Assembly: GCA_963772265.1 (NCBI GenBank) | Contig: CAVYWS010000007.1 | Coordinates: forward strand, 9,662 to 73,661 | Direction: 5' to 3' | Source: an uncultured Solirubrobacterales bacterium | Lineage (GTDB): Bacteria; Actinomycetota; Thermoleophilia; Solirubrobacterales; 70-9 | Length of the DNA: 64,000 nucleotides | Part shown: in pieces, positions 20,365-30,011 of the stretch | Layout: each line of letters opens with the position of its first letter | How positions within the stretch are numbered: the stretch's first letter is position 1 | The notes under the pieces: generated by a model | Databases searched by the model: none | Told to the model about the DNA's origin: nothing | What the model saw: only the letters and a program-made list of their open reading frames with translations | Position numbers and translations under genes: made by a program

Positions 20365-20994
20365 TCAGCGAAGGAGCATTCGCATGATCGGCTCGGCGCG
20401 CCGCGGCTGCGGCGGCTCGCCGGTGATCAGGTCCAGGTAGACGTAGGACTCGATCAGGCGCACGATCACGTAGGCGACCTCGTGCAGGTCGGCGGGCAGC
20501 TCGAGCCGCCCGGCCCCCGATTCCTCGCGCAGCAGGCGCTCGTGCCAGCCGATCAGCCGCGCCTGGTAGCCGGGGCCGCGGAGGGTCAGCAGCCGCATCG
20601 CGCTCTCGCCCTCCTCGGCGAGCCAGAACTTCATCCCCCGGTTCGCGATCACCGCGTCGACGAAGCCGGAGGAAACATCCACCACCCGCCCCGCCCCCCT
20701 CTTGCGGGTCTCGGCGTCGAGCTTCTCGAGCGTGCGCTCGGCCAGCGACCAGATCACCTCGACCAGCAGCTGCTCGCGCGAGCCGACCCAGCGGTACAGC
20801 GTCACCCGATTTATCCCCAACTCCTTGGCAAGCGCGCTCATGTCGATGCGCTCGGCTCCCTGCCACTTTCTCCGGGCAAGCTTGAAGGCATCCAGGGGAC
20901 CGGCCCGGGGCGAGCGGCCCCGGTCGTTGAGGATGCTCTGGAGCCTGGTCGGGGGGCGCTCGGAGAGCTCGGTCTGGGATCGGCGCGGGGTCAC
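20365..20994 (-). CDS. TetR-family transcriptional regulator
   Basis: HTH MSALAKELGINRVTLYRWVGSREQLL. Confidence 0.8.
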   Translation of the reverse strand: MTPRRSQTELSERPPTRLQSILNDRGRSPRAGPLDAFKLARRKWQGAERIDMSALAKELGINRVTLYRWVGSREQLLVEVIWSLAERTLEKLDAETRKRGAGRVVDVSSGFVDAVIANRGMKFWLAEEGESAMRLLTLRGPGYQARLIGWHERLLREESGAGRLELPADLHEVAYVIVRLIESYVYLDLITGEPPQPRRAEPIMRMLLR

Positions 20995-21053
20995 GGCTCA
21001 AGGATCGTAGGTATCCCGCGTTGCGGCCGTGCAACACAGCCGTCCCTGGTCTC

Positions 21054-21953
21054 TCAGCTCCCCGGATCGATCACGTTGGCCGGGTCCGGCTTGGCGTCGG
21101 CCGGCGCCTGGCTGTAGTCGCCGAACGGCCCGTCGCGGCGCTCGATCGCGGCTCCCACACCCTCGCGCTCGGCGAGCTCGACGAACTCATGCGCGTCGGG
21201 CGTGTTTCGCATCAGCCCGTCGAGGATCGGCCCGAGGAACTGGGTCGAGGCGAGACCCATGTTCTCGTAGGCCTGGTTGACGATCAGCTTCATCGCCGCC
21301 AGCTGGGAGCCGGGGAGCGAGGCCAAGCGGGCCGCCTCGTCGCCGACCGTCGCCTCGAGCTCGGAGAACGGGACGGCGCGGTTGATCAGCTCGATCTCGG
21401 CCGCCTCGCGACCGGAGAGGGCCCGGCCGGTCAGCGCCATCTCCTTCGCCCGGGTGAGTCCGAGCCGGTAGAGCCACATCCCGGTCAGATAGCAGCCCCA
21501 GACGCGCGAGTAGGGCGTTCCGATCCGGGCGTCCTCCGAGGCGATCACCAGGTCGGCGCAGAGCGCCATGTCGCTGCCTCCCCCCACGCACCAGCCGTGG
21601 ATCTGGGCGATCACCGGCTTCGGCGTCCGCCACAGGCTCATGAACTTCGGGATCGGCCCGACGGTGCGGGAGGTGGCGACGGCGAAGTCCTTGCCGGGGT
21701 CCCAGCGCCCGTCGGTGTTCAGGCCCTCGTCCCAGTGGTGAAAGCCCTCGCCGAAGTCGAAGCCGGCGCAGAACGAGCGGCCGGCTCCGCGCAGCACGAT
21801 CACCTTCACCTCCTGATCTCGGGTCGCGGTGTCGACCGCGGCCTCGAGCTCGTCGGGCATCGGCGGAACGATCGTGTTCAGGGTCTGCGGCCGGTTGAGG
21901 GTGATCGTCGCCACCGCGTCGTCGACCGCGTAGAGCAGGGTCTCGAACTGCAT
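21054..21953 (-). CDS. enoyl-CoA hydratase/isomerase (crotonase) family protein
   Basis: ATITLNRPQTLN, VIVLRGAGRSFCAGFDF and IAQIHGWCVGGG. Confidence 0.8.
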   Translation of the reverse strand: MQFETLLYAVDDAVATITLNRPQTLNTIVPPMPDELEAAVDTATRDQEVKVIVLRGAGRSFCAGFDFGEGFHHWDEGLNTDGRWDPGKDFAVATSRTVGPIPKFMSLWRTPKPVIAQIHGWCVGGGSDMALCADLVIASEDARIGTPYSRVWGCYLTGMWLYRLGLTRAKEMALTGRALSGREAAEIELINRAVPFSELEATVGDEAARLASLPGSQLAAMKLIVNQAYENMGLASTQFLGPILDGLMRNTPDAHEFVELAEREGVGAAIERRDGPFGDYSQAPADAKPDPANVIDPGS

Positions 21954-21994
21954 CTGTCCTCCGTTCGGGTTCGGGGTGCGACTGACCGAGATTC

Positions 21995-22999
21995 TTACGC
22001 CGCCGCGGCCGCCTCGCCGTCGCCGGCCCAGGGCGCGGGCTGGGGCCCGGTGTCCGCGTAGACGACCTCGGTGCCCGCGTAGCGGTCCTGCCAGCCGCGG
22101 CGCTGGTCGGAGAAGACGATCCCGAGCAGGCCGATGCCGATCGGCACGATGGCGAGGACCAGCCCGACCAGGCGCCGAAAGGCGCGGTGAAAGCCGATCC
22201 TCCGGCCCTCGGGCGAGTCGATCCGGATGCGCACGAAGCGCATCCCGGGGGTTTGACCGGCCAGCGCCCAGAAGGTGAGCAGGTAGGTCGAGCCGGCGGT
22301 GATCCAGGCGCCGGCCCCGATTGCAATCGCCGGTGCCGACGCCTCGCCGCCGGCGCCGAAGGCGAGCGACGCGACCAGCGTGATCACACCGGAGAGCGCG
22401 AGAAAGGCGGCGTTGAGCAGCGCACCGTCGATCAGCATCGCGATTGTGCGGCTGACCGCGCCGGCGCGGTTGGTGCTCCCGTCGCGCTGCTTGCGGAAGA
22501 AGATCCGCCGGACAAACCGCTCGAACACGCCGTCGAGGCGGTGCGTCGCCCGGGCGGCCTCGCGGCGCACGTCGTCGATCAGGCCGACGCCCTGGGCGGC
22601 GATCGCGCTTCGCACCTCCGGCGCCTCGGCAATCCGCTCGACCAGCTTCTGGGCCTCGTCGCTCGCCAGCAGGCGCTCCCAGAGACGGTCGACCATCTCG
22701 CTGTCGATCGCGTCATTCAGGGCCCGCTCAACCGCCGGGCTGCGCATCGCCTGCTCGACGGCCTCCTCGATGATCGGCCCCTGCATGACCCGGGCCAGCG
22801 CGCGCTCGGCGGCCTGGCTCTCGATCGCCCTGACGATCGCCTCCTCGGCGACCGCCTCGGCGGCGGTCTCGATCCCGGTAGCCCGGGCGACCTGCTGCGC
22901 ACCGCGCGCTCCTCTGCCGAGCAGGCGGGCCGGCAGCGGGGTCCGCCCGCGGCGTGCAGTCTCGCCGCGCTCAGGCGGGTCGGGGAAGCTGCCCTCCAT
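21995..22999 (-). CDS. RDD-family membrane protein with long helical N-terminal region
   Basis: RTIAMLIDGALL...GQTPGMRFVRIRI...RRGWQDRYAGTEVV. Confidence 0.65.
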   Translation of the reverse strand: MEGSFPDPPERGETARRGRTPLPARLLGRGARGAQQVARATGIETAAEAVAEEAIVRAIESQAAERALARVMQGPIIEEAVEQAMRSPAVERALNDAIDSEMVDRLWERLLASDEAQKLVERIAEAPEVRSAIAAQGVGLIDDVRREAARATHRLDGVFERFVRRIFFRKQRDGSTNRAGAVSRTIAMLIDGALLNAAFLALSGVITLVASLAFGAGGEASAPAIAIGAGAWITAGSTYLLTFWALAGQTPGMRFVRIRIDSPEGRRIGFHRAFRRLVGLVLAIVPIGIGLLGIVFSDQRRGWQDRYAGTEVVYADTGPQPAPWAGDGEAAAAA

Positions 23000-23053
23000 T
23001 GCGGCGCGAGTCTAGCTCGCCGCGGGGGACCTCCCCGGCCGCCCGAGCGGTGG

Positions 23054-23632
23054 CTAGCGGCCGGAGCGAGCCGTGCTGCGCCGGCGACGCGACCCGCCGC
23101 TGCTTCGCTGCGAGCTCGGAATCTCGGAGCGAACGACGGCCTTGCTCAATTGCGGGATCAGGTTCTCGAGGTACTTGGCCATCCGCTCCTCGTCGCGGCG
23201 GATCGAGCGAGCCAGCTTCGCGGTCTCACGGTCGCCAACGCTCTCGGCAACCGTCTCGATTGCGGTGTAGGTCGCGATCTCCTCGGCCTCCTCGGAGTAC
23301 TCGCTCTTGGCGTTCTTGAGCAGCTTCTCCTCCTCACCGGTGCCGCGCACCATGTGCAGCGGTCCCTTCGCGGCGGCGACGGCGCGCGACGCGACGCTCT
23401 GGGCGCCGGCTGTGGTGCTCGCCACGTCGCCGCCGAGCTTCTTGATCCGCCGCTCAACCTCGCGGGCATGGCCTTTGGTTTCCTTGAGGTGCTGCTTGAG
23501 GCGCTTCTTGTAGGGAGGCCGGGTGGTCATCCCGATGTGCGCGGTGAGCGCCGTCTCGAGCTCCTTCTCCTTGCCATAGGCCTCGTTGAGGTATTGGACA
23601 AGCTTGGTGTCACGTTCGTTGAGGTCAGCCAT
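23054..23632 (-). CDS. ferritin-like DUF892 (YciE/YciF-type) protein
   Basis: LVQYLNEAYGKEKELETAL...LKQHLKETKGHAREVERRIKKLGG...EEIATYTAIETVAE. Confidence 0.6.
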   Translation of the reverse strand: MADLNERDTKLVQYLNEAYGKEKELETALTAHIGMTTRPPYKKRLKQHLKETKGHAREVERRIKKLGGDVASTTAGAQSVASRAVAAAKGPLHMVRGTGEEEKLLKNAKSEYSEEAEEIATYTAIETVAESVGDRETAKLARSIRRDEERMAKYLENLIPQLSKAVVRSEIPSSQRSSGGSRRRRSTARSGR

Positions 23633-23717
23633 TGGGTGGTCGTTCTCTTTCCTGTCGAAATCGGGGCAGAGTGACCGGCTACCCGGGGTTCACCAAGGCA
23701 GACAAGAGGGGCTGGCT

Positions 23718-24426
23718 CTAGGGGGTGCGAGCCGACGAGTGGGCGCGGTGGCCGTTGACTTCGTCGCGGGTCCTGCGGACGGCACCGGCTGCATTGGGAG
23801 GGGGGACGCTGGCCGAAACCCCGCCGGCCAATCGCAATCCGGGTCAGGTACTCGAGATCGTCATGGTCGACGTCGCCGACGGCGATGCTGGACCGAAACG
23901 CGGCCCGGGCGGCATCTGGGTCGCTGACGCAGAGCATCAGAGCGGCGATCGGCGCGGCCGTCTGCTCGACCGCGATCGAGACGAGCGGCTCGAAGACGAA
24001 GGCGATGTTGGGCGCCCGCTGGGGCACCGGATCGAGCAGCTCGGAGGGGCAGCCCTCCGGCAGAAGGGAAGCGGCGTGGCTCCACAGTGGGCCGATCAGC
24101 GCACCGGACCCCGCGCGGTCGGAGCGGATGTCGTAGACGGGGAAGCGGCAGGACCCGGCGACATGGCCCCAGCGCGAGCCGTCGTCGACGACGACCTTGC
24201 GAACGGCGCTCCAGCGGATCGGGAGCGGGCTCCTGAAGGCGGTGGGCGCGTCGACGATGACGCTGTCGGCGGCGACGAACAGGGTCCCGGCGCGGGCCGG
24301 GCGCTGGCGCAGCCGGCCGAGGAAGCCCGACGAGGGTGAACCGTCGGCCAGTGCGAGCTGGATGCCCGAGCGGCCGTTCGAGGAATGGGCTTGCCCGGAG
24401 TTGGCGAAGATGCCGGTCACAACCAC
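23718..24426 (-). CDS. hypothetical protein; probable frame break in a C6/G6 run near 23800
   Basis: I recognised no domain. The listed ORF runs 105 nt into the DUF892 gene with falling GC3. The alternate frame (PNAAGAVRRTRDEVNGHRAHSSARTP*) keeps high GC3 and stops at 23718. Confidence 0.35.
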
Positions 24427-24465
24427 CGATATCGGCTCGGAGCGCCGATTTCGTTAGCGACTGGG

Positions 24466-25086
24466 CTAGGCGGTGGCCGCGCGGGCGCGGGCAGCCTCGG
24501 GGTCGACGCCCTGGCGGCGGGCGATCAACGCCCGCACCCATGCGATCACGGCGCTTGCGAGGGCGACCACGAGCCCTGCCAGCGACACGGTGGCCGCCCC
24601 GGCGGTGCCGAAGCGAACCGCGATCGCGGTCAGGCTGGCAACCCAGATGACCCCGCCGACGACGTTGAAGACCATGAAGCGGCGCCACGACATCTCCGCC
24701 GCCCCGGCGGTCAGCGGCGTCAGGTAGCGGGCGCAGGGAACCCAGCGCGAGAGAAAGACAGCTGCCTCGCCGTAGCGGGCGAAGAAGCGCTCAGCGCCGT
24801 GCAGCATGCGATGGCGCCGGGCAACGAAGGGGCCCGGGCGCAGCAGCAGCCGGCGTCCACCGCGACGGCCGACCCCGTAGCCGACGCACCCGCCGAGGAT
24901 CGCGCCCGAGATCGCGAGCAGGACCACCAGGGGAAGCGCCAGGTGGCCGGCGCCTGCCAGCACGACCGCCCCGAGCAGTGCGGTCTCGCCAGGCAGCGGC
25001 AGCCCCGCGTACTCGGCAAAGAGAATGCCGAATAGCGCGCAGTAGCCAAGCTCGTTTGGAAGGCCGAAAAGCATCTGTATTGCCAT
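24466..25086 (-). CDS. DedA/SNARE-associated family membrane protein
   Basis: AEYAGLPLPGETALLGAVVLAG...RYGEAAVFLSRWVPCARYLTPLTAGA. Start taken at MAIQMLFG. Confidence 0.75.
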   Translation of the reverse strand: MAIQMLFGLPNELGYCALFGILFAEYAGLPLPGETALLGAVVLAGAGHLALPLVVLLAISGAILGGCVGYGVGRRGGRRLLLRPGPFVARRHRMLHGAERFFARYGEAAVFLSRWVPCARYLTPLTAGAAEMSWRRFMVFNVVGGVIWVASLTAIAVRFGTAGAATVSLAGLVVALASAVIAWVRALIARRQGVDPEAARARAATA

Positions 25087-25195
25087 CGGGCCCCGAGGGC
25101 CCACCCCTGAACGGCAGACCGTTAGCTGGACTCCTGACCAGCTGACAATCCCCAATCGCTGGTCCCCACTATGCAGTAATTCGAAACCCCGCGCG

Positions 25196-25975
25196 TCAAT
25201 CCCGCTTCGCAACTAGCAACGTCTGCAACGCACGCCCGATCCGCCCCCGCCGGTCGGAAAGCTCGGTGTCGGCGACGCCGACCCCGTTGGAGCGGGGATG
25301 GGTGACGGCGTCCATGTAGACCCATTCGCCCTCGGGCAGGCGATCCAGCTGGACGGTGAGGTCGACGTTGATGAACAGGAACTCGCGCCAGTCGAGAGTC
25401 GCGCTGACCCCATTTCCGGAGTCTGCGGCGGTGATCACCCGCTGAAGCGCCGAGGGCTGCTCGCCGGCGACCAGCGGGTTTCGCATCCGCATCCAGAGCT
25501 TGGCCGGCCCCGGCTCCCGGAAGGCACCCTCGACGAACCGGTACTCCATCGCCGTGTGGTATCCGACCTCCTGGCCGGTGGGCACGAAGTCGCGGTGCTC
25601 GGCGGCGTCGGGAGGCGGCGGCACCGGGCCCGCGGGCAGCTCGGGCAGCTCGACCGGCGCGGTGCGCAGGCGCCAGGCGTTGGCGCGAATCAGCGGCCCC
25701 TCTGCGTCTGACAGCGTCGCCTCGATCAGCTGCACCCGCTTGCCCGGGCGAGCCACCCGCGCCTCGGCTCGAAGCGCCGCGATCGGCACCGCGCGCAGGA
25801 TCTCGAAGGTGATCCGGCCGACCTGGAATTCCTCGGAGTCCTCGAGGCCCTCGATCTCGCGCGCCAGCAACGCCGCGGGCGGGCCTCCGTGCTGGAACCC
25901 CGGGTCCCACGGCCCGCGGGTCAGCTCGGTTGCGACGAGGGCGCCCTCTTCGGGCAGATAGAAGGCGTCGGGCAC
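25196..25975 (-). CDS. thioesterase-like (double hotdog, TesB-like) protein
   Basis: TRGPWDPGFQHGGPPAALLAREI and the C-terminal half LFINVDLTVQL. Confidence 0.6.
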   Translation of the reverse strand: MPDAFYLPEEGALVATELTRGPWDPGFQHGGPPAALLAREIEGLEDSEEFQVGRITFEILRAVPIAALRAEARVARPGKRVQLIEATLSDAEGPLIRANAWRLRTAPVELPELPAGPVPPPPDAAEHRDFVPTGQEVGYHTAMEYRFVEGAFREPGPAKLWMRMRNPLVAGEQPSALQRVITAADSGNGVSATLDWREFLFINVDLTVQLDRLPEGEWVYMDAVTHPRSNGVGVADTELSDRRGRIGRALQTLLVAKRD

Positions 25976-26006
25976 GCGCGCATCCTAGGCGCGCTCGGGC
26001 GGCGGC

Positions 26007-26633
26007 TCAGCAGTGGCGGCCGAAGTGGTTGACCCAGACGTGGGCGCCGGAGGCGCCCGAGAGGCCACCGATGCGAAGCGAGAGGCCGAACTGGCCGTAC
26101 TCGGTGCCGAGGATGTTGGCCCGGTGCGAGGGCGAGTGCAGCCAGGCCTTGAAGATCGAGCGCGGCGAGCCCAGATCGCCCGTGCCCCAGGCGAGGTTCT
26201 CCCCGGCCCACCAGCAGCGGGCGTTGAGATAGCCCGAGCGGCGGATCCAGTAGAGGAAGTCGCGGCCGCATGCCTCGTGGCTGAACTGGTTGCAGCGGAT
26301 GATGTCGCCGGCCTTGTTGTCGGACGAGCCGTCGAGCTTCTGAGACTCGCTCAACCTCGACAGCCCCGCCTCGTCGCGGGCGTAAGCCAGCAGGCATGCC
26401 ATCGCCCGCTCCTGAACGGGGAACGACGCGTTCTGGTCGTCGGCGCCGGCGCAGTCGCTCTCGCGGGCGACCAGCCGCTTCAGCGCCGCCCGGTTTCCGT
26501 GCAGCGCCTTGGCCCGGACCGCCTGGCGGGCATGCATCGTCGGGCCGCGGTGGACGTCCACAGCGGTCGCGCTGCTCGCCAGTCCGAGCATCGCAAGCAG
26601 GCAGAGCCCTCCCAGGATCGCCGTACGCCTCAT
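26007..26633 (-). CDS. secreted CAP/SCP-domain protein
   Basis: Signal peptide and GENLAWG...AWLHSPSHRANIL. Confidence 0.65.
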   Translation of the reverse strand: MRRTAILGGLCLLAMLGLASSATAVDVHRGPTMHARQAVRAKALHGNRAALKRLVARESDCAGADDQNASFPVQERAMACLLAYARDEAGLSRLSESQKLDGSSDNKAGDIIRCNQFSHEACGRDFLYWIRRSGYLNARCWWAGENLAWGTGDLGSPRSIFKAWLHSPSHRANILGTEYGQFGLSLRIGGLSGASGAHVWVNHFGRHC

Positions 26634-26783
26634 GGTGCGGGAGTCGGCGCCTGCGCGGTCTGACTTGAAGCTCGCAAGGCGAAGTCAAACGCGCGTCCGC
26701 CCTGCGTAACGCAAGGCCTAAGCTGAAGGACTAGTCAGTACGCGGTAACCAAAGTGGCCATGTAGCCACGACTGGAGGAATGG

Positions 26784-27188
26784 ATGGCCGACCAGGCACA
26801 GAAGGTCCAACGGACAGACGAGGAGTGGCGGGCTCAGCTCACACCCGAGCAGTACGAGGTCACCCGGCGCGCCGGGACCGAGGCGCCCTTCAGCGGCGAG
26901 CACTGGGACAACCACGCCGCCGGGATGTACCGCTGTGTCGGCTGCGGCACCGAGCTGTTCTCGTCCGACACCAAGTTCGACTCGGGCACCGGCTGGCCCA
27001 GCTTCACCGAGCCGGCCAACCTCGAGCACGTCGAGTTGCGGCCCGACAACAGCCTGATGATGCGGCGCACCGAGGTCGTCTGCAAGCACTGCGACGCGCA
27101 CCTCGGGCACGTCTTCAACGACGGTCCCGGCCCGACCGGGCAGCGCTACTGCATCAACAGCTGCGCGCTGGACTTCGACGAGAAGTAG
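26784..27188 (+). CDS. msrB: peptide-methionine (R)-S-oxide reductase
   Basis: [26 protein letters not shown]...[16 protein letters not shown]...RYCINS. Confidence 0.9.
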   Translation: MADQAQKVQRTDEEWRAQLTPEQYEVTRRAGTEAPFSGEHWDNHAAGMYRCVGCGTELFSSDTKFDSGTGWPSFTEPANLEHVELRPDNSLMMRRTEVVCKHCDAHLGHVFNDGPGPTGQRYCINSCALDFDEK

Positions 27189-27191
27189 TAG

Positions 27192-27839
27192 TTAGACCGT
27201 TCCGCCGGCGCCGAGGTAGCTGAAGCGCACGGCGAGGGCCACCGCTTCGGTCCGCGTATCCACTTCCAGCTTCGCGATCGCGTTGCGGACGTGGGTGTGG
27301 ACCGTGGCGGGGCTGAGCGAGAGCCGGTCGGCGATCTCCTTGACCCGCAGGCCCTCGGCGAGAAGCTCGAGAATCTGGCGCTCGCGCGGCGAGAGGTCGA
27401 GCAGCTTCTCGACCTCGGAGGGCTTGCCGCCCGCGAAGTCGCCGCCGAGGAAGGTTCCGCCGCCGGTCACCGCCTTCACAGCCTTGGCGATGTCCTCCGC
27501 CGGGGCTGACTTCAGCACATAGCCGGAGGCACCGGCGCGAAGCGCCAGGGCCAGCAGGTCGGGCTGAGCGTGGGCGGTGAAGATGATCACCTTGGTGCGG
27601 GGGCGGGCCTTGAGGACTTCCTTGGTCGCCTCGATCCCGTCGCGCTTGGGCATCTCGACGTCGATGATCACGACGTCGGGATCCAGATCCTTGACTACGT
27701 CGACGACCTCGCGGCCGTCTCCTGCCTCGCCGACGATCTGGACCGTGCCGCTGTTGGCCATGCGCGACTTGATCGCGTCTCGCACGATCTCGTGGTCGTC
27801 ACAGAGGACCACCCGCTTGCCGTTGCCGATACTCATCAT
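27192..27839 (-). CDS. NarL/LuxR-type two-component response regulator
   Basis: REC domain VVLCDDHEIVRD...DVVIIDVEMPKRDG, then HTH LSPRERQILELLAEGLRVKEIADRLSLSPATVHTHVRNAIAKL. The ATGATG overlaps the serS TGA. Confidence 0.85.
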   Translation of the reverse strand: MMSIGNGKRVVLCDDHEIVRDAIKSRMANSGTVQIVGEAGDGREVVDVVKDLDPDVVIIDVEMPKRDGIEATKEVLKARPRTKVIIFTAHAQPDLLALALRAGASGYVLKSAPAEDIAKAVKAVTGGGTFLGGDFAGGKPSEVEKLLDLSPRERQILELLAEGLRVKEIADRLSLSPATVHTHVRNAIAKLEVDTRTEAVALAVRFSYLGAGGTV

Positions 27840-29104
27840 GGCTCAATCCTCTTCGGTGCACCATAAGTATGCAGTACTTCTGGGAGCGAAAATGCATGGC
27901 CCTCCTCCTGGCGATTCTCGATCAGCGCGATCAGCGTGCGACCGACCGCCACAGCGGTGCCGTTCAGGGTGTGGACGTGGATCGGTGATTCGCCGTCGGC
28001 GGGCCGGTAGCGGCAATCGAGGCGGCGGGCCTGGAAATCGGTCGTGTTCGAGCACGAGGTCAGCTCCCGGTAGCGGCCCTGGCTCGGGATCCATGCCTCG
28101 CAGTCGAACTTTCGCGCCGCCGGCGCTCCGAGGTCGCCGACGGCGATGTTGACCACCCGGTAGGGGATCTCGAGCTCGCCGAGGATTCGCTCCTCGATCG
28201 CCAGCAGGCGCTGGTGCTCGTCGGCCGAGGCGCCCGGCTCGACGAAAGAGAACATCTCGACCTTGTCGAACTGGTGGACGCGGAAGATTCCCCGCGTGTC
28301 CTTTCCCGCCGCTCCCGCCTCGCGCCGGAAGCAGGTCGAAAAGCCCGCATAGCGAAGCGGAAGCGTGCCGGGGTCGAAGATCTGCCCCGCCCCGAGCGCC
28401 GCCAGCGGAACCTCGGAGGTGCCGACGAGGAAGAGATCGTCGCGGGGGACCTCGTAGATCTGCTCGCGGGCCTCGGGAAGAAAGCCGGTCCCGAACAGCG
28501 GCTCCTCGCGGACCAGCACCGGCGGCGCTACCGGCTCGTGCCCCTCCTCGCGCAGCAGCTCCAGCGCCCAGCGAACCAGGGCCAGCTCGACCATCACCAG
28601 CTCCCCCTTCAGGTAGGCGAAGCGCGAGCCCGAGGTCTGTGCCGCTGACTCCATGTCGATCAGGCCGAGGTCGGTGCCGATCTCCAGGTGGTCGCTGGGC
28701 TCGAAGCCGAACTGCGGCGGCTCGCCGACCTCGCGCATGACCACCGCGTCCTCCTCGGTCATCCCGTCGGGGGCATCGGGGTCGGGAAGGTTGGGAAGCC
28801 GGGCCGCCAGCTCGCCGCGCTTCTCCTCGACCTCGCTCAGCTCAGCCTCGAGCTGCTTGATCCGCGGCGACAGCTCGCGCATCTCGGCGATCACCGCCTC
28901 CGCGTCACCGCCGCTTCGCTTCGCCTCCTCGATCGCCTTCGAGGCCTTGTTCTGGCGCGCCTTGCCGTCCTCGATCTCGGGCAGCAGCTCGCGGCGGCGG
29001 GCGTCCAGGGCCAGCAGCTCGTCCAGCGACTCGGCGGCGCCGCGCCGCGCCAGGGCCGCCCGCGCGGCCTCGGGGTCCTCCCGAATCGCCCTTAGGTCGA
29101 GCAC
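27836..29104 (-). CDS. serS: seryl-tRNA synthetase
   Basis: N-terminal coiled coil MLDLRAIREDPE. Class II motifs FRREAGAAGKDTRGIFRVHQFDKVE and TLNGTAVAVGRTLIALIEN. Confidence 0.9.
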   Translation of the reverse strand: MLDLRAIREDPEAARAALARRGAAESLDELLALDARRRELLPEIEDGKARQNKASKAIEEAKRSGGDAEAVIAEMRELSPRIKQLEAELSEVEEKRGELAARLPNLPDPDAPDGMTEEDAVVMREVGEPPQFGFEPSDHLEIGTDLGLIDMESAAQTSGSRFAYLKGELVMVELALVRWALELLREEGHEPVAPPVLVREEPLFGTGFLPEAREQIYEVPRDDLFLVGTSEVPLAALGAGQIFDPGTLPLRYAGFSTCFRREAGAAGKDTRGIFRVHQFDKVEMFSFVEPGASADEHQRLLAIEERILGELEIPYRVVNIAVGDLGAPAARKFDCEAWIPSQGRYRELTSCSNTTDFQARRLDCRYRPADGESPIHVHTLNGTAVAVGRTLIALIENRQEEGHAFSLPEVLHTYGAPKRIEP

Positions 29105-29114
29105 AAGATGCGGG

Positions 29115-29507
29115 TCAGCCCCCGGACTGGCCCGGCCGGGGGCTGGTCTGCGCCTGCGTGCCGGCGTACTTGGCGACGAAGCGGGCGACCGCCTCGGCGT
29201 CGGAGCCGACGACGATGTTCTGGGGCATGATCGCGCCGGAGAAGCCGCCGTTGCGAATCGCGAACAGGGCGTCGTCGAAGCTCTCGGTGCGCTGATCGAG
29301 GTTTGGCCCCTGGGTGCGCAGACCGCGGTTCCCCGTTCCCTGGGTGCCGGCGGCGCTCAGGGTGTGGCAGCCGGCGCAGTGGGTCGCGAACAGCTGCGCG
29401 CCCCGGTAGCCGGAGCTGTCCTTCGAGACCGAGATTCCCTCCTTGCCGCAGGCGGCGGCCGACAGCGCGATCAGGGCCGCGATGGCTGTGGCGAGGACGG
29501 GCCGCAC
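29115..29507 (-). CDS. lipoprotein class I c-type cytochrome
   Basis: Lipobox LSAAAC and haem site CAGCH. Confidence 0.7.
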   Translation of the reverse strand: MRPVLATAIAALIALSAAACGKEGISVSKDSSGYRGAQLFATHCAGCHTLSAAGTQGTGNRGLRTQGPNLDQRTESFDDALFAIRNGGFSGAIMPQNIVVGSDAEAVARFVAKYAGTQAQTSPRPGQSGG

Positions 29508-29534
29508 GGGGCGCGATCATATGCTCTTCGCCCG

Positions 29535-30011
29535 GTGGCAGAGATCGACAAGGATTCGTTTCGAAGCGCGATGGGGCTGCTCCCAACCGGGGTCACGGTG
29601 GTGACTGCGATCGGGCCCAACGGCAGCTCCGGGGCGACCGCCAGCGCCGTCGGCTCGCTCTCGCTCGAGCCGATGCTGATGCTGGTCTGCCTGGACCGCG
29701 GCTCGCGCACCCTGCGCTCGGTGCAGGAGGCGGGACGGTTCGGGATCGACGTGCTCGCCGCCGGGCAGGAGGCAATGGCGCGCCAGTTCTCGACCAAGCT
29801 AGGCGAGGCCGAGAAGTGGCAGGGCATCGAGTGGACCGAGCGCGACGGGATTCCCTCGCTCGGCGGCTCGGTGCTGTGGGTCGGCTGTGAGCTTCAGGAC
29901 GTGCTGATGGGCGGCGACCACGTGATCCTGACCGGCGCGGTCGCCGACCTCGAGGCGCGCGGCGGCGAGCCGCTGATCCACCACCGCGGCGAATACCGCG
30001 GGCTCGGATGA
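29535..30011 (+). CDS. flavin reductase (NAD(P)H:FMN oxidoreductase, HpaC-like)
   Basis: GTG start gives (M)AEIDKDSFRSAMGLLPTGVTVVT...SLSLEPMLMLVCLD. The stop overlaps the next ATG (ATGA). Confidence 0.7.
   Translation: MAEIDKDSFRSAMGLLPTGVTVVTAIGPNGSSGATASAVGSLSLEPMLMLVCLDRGSRTLRSVQEAGRFGIDVLAAGQEAMARQFSTKLGEAEKWQGIEWTERDGIPSLGGSVLWVGCELQDVLMGGDHVILTGAVADLEARGGEPLIHHRGEYRGLG

Noticed and set aside
26640-26783. Small inverted repeats (TGACTT...AAGTCA, GCGT-A-ACGC, GTGGC-catgta-GCCAC) in the CAP / msrB divergent region.
   Set aside because: The stems are short (5-6 bp) and within chance expectation. I recognised no known operator consensus.
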